Of a stretch of DNA of 64,000 bases, positions 41,001-52,259 are shown in pieces; position 1 is the first letter of the stretch; each line of letters begins with the position of its first letter. The DNA comes from Ramazzottius varieornatus (lineage: Eukaryota; Animalia; Tardigrada), in assembly GCA_001949185.1 (NCBI GenBank), contig BDGG01000013.1, forward strand, positions 1,595,471-1,659,470, written 5' to 3'. The notes beneath the pieces are model-generated. The model was not told where the DNA came from and searched no databases. It was given only the letters and a program-made list of their open reading frames with translations. The translations under genes and the position numbers were made by a program.

Positions 41001-44000
41001 ACTGGGAGAACTCGTCGCCGAATGCGGCTGATATCCACAACCCGGCCTTGACCGATACGGTGGACGGGTTGGAGCCTGGTGCTTCTTCCACGGCAAAGAC
41101 GACTCCTAGCGATGCGCCGACCTCTGCCAACATCGACGCCACCACGACGAGCACAACTGCAACAGGCGCCAAAGCGACTTCGCCCACCAAGTCTCCCTCG
41201 TTCCAAGCGACGAGCACCGCTGCCTGGTTCACCAGCTCGGCTTCGCGACCAACGTGCACGCCACCTCCAGTAGCGACTATGCCTGATAGCGCTTCCAATG
41301 CTGGAGCGACCACTGCCGAAAGGTTCCCCGGCATGTCGCCTCTTGGCACGAGTGCGTCTCTGGCGACGACCACTCCGAATTCGGACACCCCGTGGGAGAC
41401 ATTCTCCAAGCCCGAAGATACCAAAGGCAGCGTTGAAGTCCCCATTGCTCGTTCAGTGTCTGCGGATAAGGTCATGACAGAAAACAGTGAGAGCGGTAAG
41501 AGCGGTATCGCTGAGAAGAAAGGAACCGACGAAGTCGACGTCGGACCATTCAAAAACTCAACGGAGTCAAAAGCCATGGGCGACAAGCCGGACGTTGTTG
41601 CTTCCACTGTTCGATACTCGAGCTTGGGGGACTTGGAGAAGAATGAGAAAGATAGTGAGACTGAAGAAGGTGATGTAAAGGAAGAGCGGACAGAGTCGCG
41701 CTTGGACAAGATGATTTCACCGGCGGAAAGCCAGAAGCAGACGTATCCATGGAGCACACCGATTACATCGCCACAAGCCAACGATGTACCGCAGAAAGAG
41801 GACGTATCAAGTGGACAAGTCTCACCCTGGGATTTCGAAAAGGCCAAGGCTGAAGGGCAGCAGGGCGGGACGGTCGAGTTAGGCCTGGATGGGGGCAAGA
41901 CACAGCGCGAGCTGGACAAGGAAGAACGGGTCATGTGGGTGAAGGCGCTGGAAAGAGTGGGTCATGAGACGGAGAAAGGCAAGGACGAGGTCGATACGGG
42001 TCGTGGTGGCAGGCATGGCGGCAGCCAGTTGCCCAAGACACCAGACGCAGGGAAACATCTGACAGAGCGCAACGTGGAGGATTTGCCGATGGAAATCCGC
42101 AACAGTGACATGATGGTCGTGGAGGATAAGACCGGCGCCAAGGATGAGCCAACACAGAACGAAAAGGAATTAGAGGAGATCCACTTCGCTTTTCGCCATA
42201 TCGCCGACAGGAAAGAGGAAGGTCAAACAACGGAAACTGCCTCGGCAAAATCCGAAGAAGCTCTAGCAAAACTTGCGGGATCAGAAAATATGGGTAAGCT
42301 AGGCTCTGCGTAATACAGTAAGTCTGGTCACTCTTGTCTTTGTTAGCGAGACTCGGGTTTTCTCCCCAGATTCCTCTACAAAGGGCTCTTCGGAAAATGA
42401 TACACCAAGTAAGGACAAGAACGACACGGAACACGGTAAGAACGCAAAGACATGTACGAGAAACTCCAAGTCGAAAGCGCTGACTGACGAACGGACACTG
42501 AGCTACGACGAGACAGCCTACCCTTCCGCCGGCTACCACATTCTCTCGGACAGCAACCGCCGTGTCGGCAAATCAAAGAGCCCAGAAGGCTATGAAGAAA
42601 GCCCGACGGATACGACTTCCGACCAGAAGGTGGCTAATGGACATGTCAAGAAGCGGAAGGGTCCTGACGCCGTCGACGGACCGACTCCGTCTCCTTCTGC
42701 CATGGTGACGTTGAACGCGGATCAACCCACATCAAGTCCCGCGGATGTACCGCTTACAGTCACCGACGAAAACAAAAATCAGACCGATAACACCACTGCT
42801 TCTTCCTTTGAAAAACCAGCCGAAAGTAATATCCGCCAAGCGGATGGTAAGGCAACAGAAGACCTCAACGAAGATCTGGCCGGAACCAAGACAGTAGAGG
42901 TCATGTCGGAAGTCACCACCGCCACCATCACTATAAAGCCAAAGACGAAAGGAGAGACACTTGGCGAAATCCGGCAGAGACAGCTGGAAGACCAGCGTCG
43001 CGAACTGTTCCAGCAACATCGATCAATGATGAACAGCCAGCTTGACAATGTTCTTTCCCAGCCAAAAGGCCTCGATCATGTTGACTCGGGGAAGATAACT
43101 GGGAGGATGGATGGGGATGGAGAAGACAGTGGATCGTCCACAGCTTCCATTTCGCCAGTTCGACGACTCCAACCTAGTACGAGCGAGGTGTCGGAAAAGA
43201 AGGAAGTACAGAGGGATGCCGGTGAGAAGACACCCTTGTTGGAGAAGAGAATGTCGGTCAGCGGCGTCGACATGGGAAAGGGGAAGACCAACGAGGAAGT
43301 GTACGCGGTGGACATGGCGGCCATTGAGCCATACAGCGCCGTGGTCAGTGTCCATATGGTGGACAACGGCATATTCCAAGGAGCACTGGTTTGTTTCTAC
43401 GCCTGTTACCTACCGCGACGCAGCACGGACAAGTACGAATATCTGATGCAGAATATCTTCCGGTGAGTGCAGTTTCAGCTTTGATTCGTCTATGTACAGA
43501 GTGAATTTGTTAGAAGACGGTAAAGTCGTCATCGAATGGCTGCCGTTGTTACAGCTACTTCGTGGGGACGTTGGACTTCCTGGACGGTCGCCCTTGCATG
43601 GTGGCATACTTTAGCGGCGCGGTACCGAGTGGCAGTTACCCGACCACCAGCTGGTTACATCAGTGTTACAAGATGCTGGATCGACGGTAAGAGAGCTTTC
43701 TGAATAATAAGCTGAGTTTTGGCCTGATGTTACCTTCGGATTCGAAAAAGCCTGACGCACTGTAGCGCCTGGCATCGTCACCAATTACGGACTTTCATTC
43801 TGTTTGTGTCTAGGCTGGAGAAAAATCTGCAAGGCGTAGTCATCATCCATCCCACCTTCTGGTTCAAAGCCCAGCTCCAAGTCATCGGTCGAGCATTGGT
43901 CAGGTACGTAAAGCCGATGGCGAAGAAAATTGAGGGAAACTTCTGCCAGTCTTACTGTGGAATGGAAAAATGCCCTGCTGGTATAAGAGCTGAACGTACT

Positions 44001-44238
44001 AGTACTAGGTCGTTTCTTTTTGCGCGATTCTAGTGGTGGATTCTACCACAAGGTGGCCTACGCGGAAAATCTGGACGATCTCCGGAGCCGACTTGGGCTG
44101 GAAGATGGCGATTTGAGCAGGATGAAGCTACCTTTGCCCGTGGAAGAGTACGACCGGCGGTGGTTCAAGAAGGAGGGCGCGAATGATAGTCCGATGGCTC
44201 CTCGACGCTTCGCTCTTCTTCGCAAATGTAGTTTCTGA
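38046..44238 (+). CDS. PRUNE2/BMCC1-like protein: DHH/DHHA2 domain, long disordered linker, BCH (BNIP2-like CRAL-TRIO) domain
   Basis: VVGSDSCDLDS, LTLVDHQ, VIDHK, VGGSCATL, LLRKDMK; C-terminal VDMAAIEPY, FYACYLP, YLMQNIF, KNLQGVVIIHPTFW. Confidence 0.8.
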
Positions 44239-45195
44239 TAGGGCACAAGATTCGGCGCGATTGTAAACCTCATCCATATTATGTCGCTTTGAGCTTCGGT
44301 TGGACAGTGATGTGGTATTGTGGATGTGGCATCGATCGCGTTACTGTAAGACTTCGGGATCCCATGCGTATGAAATAATGCTTTGGGCGATACTTCCTTC
44401 TGTTTTCTTCTCAGACAGAATCCCCACAACATTGCATGTTTTCCTACTCGAGACAAGTGATCGTTGAAGCAACTAAATTTAATAAAACTTCAAACAAACA
44501 TCCGGACGGCGAAAACATTGACCAAAAAGAAGGAACGGCCGGCTTCCTGCTGTTGTATCAGCAAGGGACACTTTCGGGTAGGTGAGCCGAATGGCTCGAT
44601 CCCTCACAGCACAGAGCAGCTCTTATACCAGAACATCGTCAGCACACGCTGAGCTTTCTTCCTAGGCCTGCTGGATGGGTGGCGCCACCCAAGGAACTAC
44701 CCCAGACCGATCCGCTCCGTGACATGCTGCTTCGCGATTGTCTCAGGAACAGATTTCCTAAAAACTTGTAGCGGCAAGACCAACAAACTTGTACGACTTG
44801 CGGCGGAGGAATAGTCAACGTCGACGTCAGGCTAGTCGGCTGGTCTTATTCGGAACAAAAGTTGCGATAGAGTGCGCGTGCACTTCTGCGTGTACTGCTT
44901 CTGCGTTGGATGACAAGAGTACGTATTGAAGATAAGCTCGCATTATTACTATACGGAACTGACAAAAAGATAGTGTGCTGCAAAAAAAAGTCCGAAGCAC
45001 GAACAGTCAGGCGACACGCCCGAATAAACAAGCGCTTCCTCCTGAGCGAAACGGGCACAAGGCATAATTATCATCATGACAATATCAGGCTGCGTAAAAA
45101 CCCAACGTACGAAGAAGACAATGGATTAAAAATAAGAAAAAGACATGACCGTGTCGAAATGGACTAGTAGAGGCCAAAAGTAGCTGCACCGAAAT

Positions 45196-47685
45196 CTAGC
45201 CAGTAGCTTCGGAAACTTCCGTCACCAGCTTTTTCTTTTTCGGGTCCCATTTGGTCCTGAACTGTTCAGGCACTGGATGTTCCATCTGCAACAGAAACAC
45301 TTGGTCATTTTATTCGTCTATAGCATAGCCACACTCAGTTAGAACTTACAAAGTCCCCGTCAGCTTGGGGAACTGAGATATTCATCTCGGAAGACTTGGC
45401 GCTGAAGACTTCGCAGTCCAACGAGTCCTTGCTCAGGTAAATTTGCACACCGTCGGACTTGTCAATCTGGATGGTCGGTACCTTGCCCATAACCTGCCAA
45501 TCAATTCACAATCAGTCTATCAGTCTGGAATTCCATCCTGCATTTCAGAGCTGAGCAAACAAAACGTACGAGAACATTATCCCCAGTGGCGCACGTCTAC
45601 ATTGTTAATGGATGGAAGGGCGCGCCACTCAGGACAGCGATCGTGTAGATTATGTTTGCGCAGGTCGCATCTACAGACAGAATATTCTCGTACCTGAATC
45701 TGGGTTCTCTGGCTGTTAACGATCTCAGCAAACGAGACTAGCGTGTCACAGACCACCGAGACCTTGGAGCAGTTGTCGATGGTGATGGAGCTAATCTTTC
45801 CCTTGACTTGAACCACGCTGTCCGAGCAGCGGAAGATGTAAATGGAATGGTTCATTTCCGTCTGGTCGATGACGATTTTCTGATTGCCCTTCTGATTGCT
45901 AATGTCCCACTTCTTGCCCGTCAGCTCAATTTTGGCTGGTCCCGTACCCACACCCGCCTTCTGTCCACCACCAGCGGTTTGTCCAGCTGCCTTGCTGCCC
46001 ACTTCCGTCACCTACCAAACGAAACACGCAATGTCCTTTCCTTTATTTTATTTTATTTTTCTACTCCGTACTCGCGGAATATTGTCTCACCTGACTTCCA
46101 GCGCGTAAAGCGGTGTTCTTGTGCGTCTGCATATCAGCGGTGACCTTCTTCAAGTTGCTGGTGATGGCGTCGCCCTTGTTGATCTCTTGGAACAGAGCCT
46201 GACGTCGGTCGTCAGCTGAAGGCTGCTGCGGCGGGAAGTTGCACTTGAAGAACTGCGGGTCCATGGGCGGGGGAGGACCTGGCGGTGGCGGAGCGGGACC
46301 GCGACCTCCGGGTGCACCGTTGGACGAGAAAGACGACAAGCCTTGAGGAGCTCCCGTCAGGTCGCCCCCACGCGGGTTCCATACTACACCTGTCGTGTGA
46401 GTCTTCTTGACGAAGACTTGCAATTGTTGCAGAGTGTCGATCCATGCGCGCGCCCAGTCACAATGCATTGGCTGCCTGTTAGTGAAAGGAAATAACCAAT
46501 GAAAATAACGTGGGCATCCAAGTTAAACCAGGTCGCTATCCCAAGTGGCGCACATTTTCGTTGTTGTTGTCTGTACGTGTGCGCCGTTTGGAAAACGATC
46601 AATTGCCCACGTCCCGCCTCATTTTCAAAAATATGGGTTACGCTATTGTGATATTCATGGTTGTTCAAGTCTTCGAAATGCTTACTTGTCCTTGTATTCT
46701 TTAAGAATGCGGTTGGAATAAAAGAGTCCAGCGTCAATCATCTCCTTGATATACGGCGCGGGAGTTGGTGCCTGCAAAGCAGAACACGCTCATCGGTTAG
46801 TTGTGAACTGTACGTAAACAACGATGTTTGTGTGGGGAACTTCTTCGTTGGATGCTTCTAAAAATAATTCTTCGGGCGCTGTGGAGAGAATACAAGAAGA
46901 CACAACTTACGACGGCAATCCATCCTAGCGCAGGGATACTCTCACTGACGGTCGAGAGATGCGTAAACAGCTTGCTGGCCCGGTTCTTTTCGCGAATGTC
47001 TTGCACTGACTGGATACGCGCTGCGATGGGCTCTAACAAGCTCCTCAAAACATTCTGCAAAAACAACAACCAACAAATCTCACCTGACGATGAAATCGAG
47101 AATTAATCCAGAAAAATCCCGAATGGAATTAAAATCATCGCAATAAAATTCCAGGAAAAACTGGGGAAATTTCAGGCATGAGTGAAAATATGCAAAGATC
47201 CTGATTGCTTACGTCGGCAGGTTTTTTGTAGTTGGCGGCATTTACAAGGAAATCCCGTTCAGCATTGAAGAGTTGTTGAACGGTGCTGGCCTGTAATGAT
47301 AACGAGTTATACAGAATAGACGACTTATCGATATTTTAATATTGGTGATTCATGATATTCATGAACACCTCCATTGACAGTAAACAACAGCTACGTGCTT
47401 CCGACTCACTTGGGTCTGCACTTCAGCACCAATCTCCCGACTGAGGTTAAAGTAAGTTTGCAGACTTTGGGAGTGGAGAATATCGTCGAATTCCCTCACT
47501 GCGGGCGGAACATCTGAAAAGAAATCCGGAACAAAATTACGAAAGATTTCCTTTACGATTCACGGCGTCCGAAAGCCTCCACGAACATTTGCCAGTAGTG
47601 CCATGATTTTCTCTGAAAGAGACAAAGAAGGGCCGACTTATTCGAAATATATTTGCCACTTACCTCCTCCAAATGCGTAGGACAT
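45196..47685 (-). CDS. CAP1: Adenylyl cyclase-associated protein (CAP/Srv2)
   Basis: [22 protein letters not shown], polyproline, WH2 ALFQEINKG...LKKV..DMQTHKN, CARP domain [14 protein letters not shown]-terminus [10 protein letters not shown]. Confidence 0.93.
45583..45631. repeat. Intronic N25 palindrome (CAP intron)
   Basis: CCAGTGGCGCAC-25 nt-GCGCGCCACTCA. Confidence 0.8.
46542..46590. repeat. Intronic N25 palindrome (CAP intron)
   Basis: CAAGTGGCGCAC-25 nt-GTGCGCCGTTTG then GAAAACGATC. Confidence 0.8.
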
Positions 47686-48383
47686 CTTCAATAGCTGGCT
47701 CTAGATCAGAATTTCCCGGGCAAGATCGCAAGCTGGTCGTTGACGAAGTATTCCAGTCAAGCCGATAACGCGATAACGCTGGCGAAGGAGCGTGAAAAAT
47801 GGGGAGGAAGCCAAGCGCAACAACAAAGCAGATTTTGAAGGACGACTGGACGAGCAGAAGAAAGCAGAAGTTGATAAACTGCTGCTGTTTCCATCACGCA
47901 TCAATGCGGTCTACATAGTCTGGAGCACCATACGTTACTGTATAACATAATGATGATGGGCCGGACGAGCCACTGCTTGACGTGCCTGACCTTGAAATGA
48001 GTAATGCGATCGATGAGTCACGGTGACGCCATACGAGAAACGCAGACTTGTAAGTTAGGTAATACTGACCTTACTATATGTCAGGAAACGTCATGCTGTA
48101 CCCGTACGGCCTCACAGCGGCACGTCTCAACACTTCCGTGAAGTTCCGTAGAATACACTAGCTGATGTTTTCCTAGAGTCTCACGTCTACTTCTCATGTT
48201 CCAATTGGAACGAGTTATCCTGTTCTGCAGTCCACATACACGACTGTAGCTTAATCCACCAAGCAAATTCATTCTTATACGCCGTCAGGACTTTGAAAAG
48301 CTAAAAAACACTGAAAAGCATAAATTATCCAACTCTTTTTCTGCAAACAGCAATCCAAACTCCAAAGCCATGATGAAACCATA

Positions 48384-50746
48384 TCAATACATCTGTTGCG
48401 GGTAGGTTGTAGAAGAATTCTGATTATTAACAGTTTGTGGAGGTGCCTGATAAAAGAAAGGTGGAAGGTTCGTGGCAGGCGCTGTAGCTGTGCTCGGTTC
48501 GAAGGCTGACAGTACCGAGTTCGTCAGGATGGGTTGGTCGGGTAGCGGCGATGCCACGGTAATGGGCGGGAAGCCGCTGACGGAAACTGGAAAGCTGGCC
48601 GTCATGGGACGATACGGCATCTGCTGTTGTGCATGCTGTTGAGGGTAGAACTGCTGTTGCATCGTCTGACCACCACTACTACTGACGATACCGTGCGGAT
48701 GAGCCAGTGTGCTGTTGTTGAAACCTGAAAAATAAAACTAAGTTCGAGGTTCGTTTCACTTGTCTGAAAGGTAACGAACCGGAAGTGATGTCGTGAGAAG
48801 CTTGATGGACAGCTGGCTGAAATGGTATCTGTGGTGGTGAGCTAGCGGCCGAGTTGGCGGGTGCAGGGATCATCGTTACTGGTGGCAGTCGTTGATGATC
48901 GGAAGAAACTGAGGAAGTCGCACTGGACGAGAAAGCGTTCGACCCAGGACTTGTCGTACTGGACGTCGCTGCATAATCGTTCTTCATGGCTTGGTTACCG
49001 GTCACGAAACCCATCGACTGAGACATTCCTAAAACAAAAGAGGCTCCAATCAGCTACAGAAGGAATTTCGGATTCCTTCACAGGATTCAAGGAGAAAAGG
49101 AGGATTATACCAGCAGGAGATTGTCCGTTCAGACTGTAAGGTGGTATGGAATACGGCAGGGTACTGGTCGGTAGCATCTGCTGAACTCCGCCACTGACTC
49201 CACTGCTAGCCTGCTGGCCAGGATCATGAAAAGGTCCGTGACTATGGTCGTGCGAATGTCCATGATGGCCGGAACAAGTCGATCCATCAGCATGCACGTG
49301 AGGAGCCGACCTTGACTGTGCCGCAGTCTTGGCTTCTTCGGCTTTAGGGTGGACTACCTCTGGCTGAAGAATGGGGAAAGTGGGAGTGGTGTAGGGTGGT
49401 GACGGTTGGTGTCGGTGATCGTGAATGTGATCGTGCGAGTGACCATGTGAATGATCGTGACTATGCTCGTGACTGTGGTCGCAACCAGGACCGTGAGTAT
49501 GTTCTTGCGAATGACCATGGTCGTGTGAATGGTCGTGGTGATGGTCATGACCACCGGGACCGTGGTCGTGTCCGCAGCTGGATTTTGCTGGGAGCGGGCC
49601 AGCTTGATGGTCGCCGTTCGTGCCACCCTTGGTCACGTACGGGATCCGGTGAAGGTATCCGAAACCGATATCACACCCGAGACTACAAGAAAATAAGGCA
49701 TTTCAAAATGTTGGATGATGATTGGAAGGGCGCTGGGAGAAAGAGCAGGGCCGCGTCTTGGGCTGTTTACCTTCCTTCTCCACCCCAATCTCTGTTGGGA
49801 ACGATGGTCACTTCTCGGCATGTATCCGTGTCGGTGTTGTAGACGTACAGCTTCAGGGGCTTCTTGTCGTGGACCTCGACGACAGCGTACAGATCTTCAG
49901 ACTGCAAATTAAAGAAAGCGGCTGAGTTTTCAAATAGGGGGACGTCGGGACCAGAAGGCGAAAGGCTCAGTTTGCAAAAACAAATTCGCGATAACGTCAC
50001 AAAACCTACGACTTGGGTGGCAGTTTATCAGTTGATTAACTACACGCGAAATTGACGATTCGTTAGTAATGGCAAATCGTTACTCGTACCTCTTTCAACA
50101 ACGTGTCAGCTCCGATAATGTAGTCTGAATACGCGTTCAGCTGAGCGGTTGAAGCTGGGGATCCCGGATGGACATCCTGTCGAGCAAATGGTTTTAGCCA
50201 TCTTGCTCATGCCTTGGTCGCGAAACACAATGGAACAAACGATGCTCAAAAAGACTTACCAAGACATGCCAGACGTTCTGGTTCGCTCCTTCAAACGAGC
50301 AAAACCGAATGGACACTCCAAGTAGTCCCTGGCCTCCCCAGCTGCTGGACGGAATGAGAATGACTTTGCGTGAGCCTTGCTGCTTGGCATTGTACAGCTC
50401 CAACTCGACAGGCCGATCTAGATTATTCTTCAATGTCGTCTTGAACACATCGTCGTCCTGCAGCAACCGAATACCGTTGATGCTGACGATAAAGTCGAAG
50501 AAGGGCTCCAGACCCGATTTCGATCCGGGAGAGTTGTCTTGAACCTGCACACCAAACGACAAGCGTCAGCGAAATATTCCACGAAAACGAAAACAAAGGT
50601 CCATTTTGTGATGTAGGGCCAAGCATTACAATGAACGTAATACAAGATAGCAGGCCGGGGCGAACAGAACCTACCTTGAGAACATGATAGCCAACGGGAG
50701 CTCCTTTCCAGTTGTTCGTAGATGCCGTGCTTTGCGATGCTCCCAT
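48384..50746 (-). CDS. GORASP2: Golgi reassembly stacking protein (GRASP55/65) with a His-rich segment
   Basis: MGASQS myristoylation start, [55 protein letters not shown]. Confidence 0.92.
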
Positions 50747-51456
50747 GGCGGATCAGTGCAGTGACTACTGGTAAGTAAAAGCAGATCTTCCCTGTCCTGT
50801 TGTCCTTCTCGAGAAAGATCGAACTGGATGACAGATATGTATGCAGATTCGAGCGCAGGTACCAAGGCTGATATTTTATTCGGATTTTACAAATTAAAAT
50901 GACTTGTCGAGGTGGCTCGAACAATGGGAACCAACAGAACAGTTGGTTGGTCAAATTTTGGAACAGTAAGGAACAAGGCTGCTGTTCGACTCTGCAGGTG
51001 GCGTCTCACCGGAAGTACTTAAGTGATCGAAGATCCCTTCTTTTCTCCGGAGCATATCGAGAGATGTTTATACGGAATAAAGATATTGTGGTCAAAGGAA
51101 GGTCCCTCCTTCCTTCTTCAGGGACCCGATACATACGACCGCGTAAATTTTACGAGTGAGCACCACAGGTCCTCCGGCATCCCTCGAGGCCCATGTTCCG
51201 AATTCATCATATCTGTACTTTGCTAAAAGAAGTGAGACTTCGCCACAGTTGTGGTGATATTCACGAAATATGACCTAGTCTACATAGATTCGATCTTTGA
51301 ATTCTCGATAGTCGGGTGTTTGACGTTTGAAGAACGGCATCATTTTATGAATAAAATCATGTAGACGCTACAATAAAGCAGCTTACGTCTTCCAGAGGTC
51401 TCTCCGTGATCCCCGCCAAGCCACTTGCGTCTGTTTAACTGCACTCTTCAGGGAAG

Positions 51457-51735
51457 ATGTCTATCATGATCGTCACCGCTGGGAGGGATAAGTTGGGCTC
51501 CGCGGAGAAGGTCGAAGTGGTCATGTCAGGGAACCCAGACATCCCAATTCCCGGCATGGAAACATTCTTTGCTCACGCAAATTCTAGCACAGGCAGCTAC
51601 ATCAAGTTCGAAAGACCTGCTGTCATCCTAGATATCCTTACCTCTGCTGGGTTTAATATAGTTGGACAAGGTTGTACGGAGAAGGATATCATATGGACAC
51701 TTCATCGGCCAGGTATTCCTGCCACTTCCCTCTGA
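51457..51735 (+). CDS. GTP cyclohydrolase I feedback regulatory protein (GFRP)-like, single exon, divergent
   Basis: 92 aa; C-terminal PAVILDILTSAGFNIVGQGCTEKDIIWTLHR follows the GFRP pattern P..VLD.LE..GF.V........WCLH. Confidence 0.6.
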   Translation: MSIMIVTAGRDKLGSAEKVEVVMSGNPDIPIPGMETFFAHANSSTGSYIKFERPAVILDILTSAGFNIVGQGCTEKDIIWTLHRPGIPATSL

Positions 51736-52259
51736 GTGAGTCGCCTCGGTTCAAGTTCACCCCTTCTTTATTTTCCTATGAAGTGACGTTATCAAAGCTT
51801 GTTATTTACTTATCTACCTGATAAATGAAGCGTCGTATTAGTCGATGAGTGAAAGAAAATCAAAAGGATGTGCGGCGATGGCGACGCATTGAGATACATA
51901 AGGCTGGGAAGATACTAATAGCTAACTTAATAAAAACCCTGCAAGACTACGTGCGTGCTGCTACGGACAGAAAGCCGATAATTAGTTGTGGGGCTTCAGG
52001 GAAACTGTACAATGCAGCATGCAGAATAAGAATTGATATCAAAGACTGTAACACCAACACCCAAGCTCAGGTCAGAAGAACAAAACCTTGGTCTGTTCTG
52101 CCAGTTTAGAGTTCTAGCTGCCGCTTCCTCGGTCCATATCACCTCCATGATCACTGCCAGCATCCGACATATCCATCTGAAAAAGAATGTGTACCCTGAG
52201 ACCAATGCTTAGACCGTGTTACTCATCGGCCGAACACTCTAATATATTTCGTCATTAGT

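Noticed and set aside
40555-43379. Long antisense ORFs opposite the PRUNE2-like linker (similarly opposite EEA1 and SMC4)
   Set aside because: Expected shadows of long, compositionally biased coding exons
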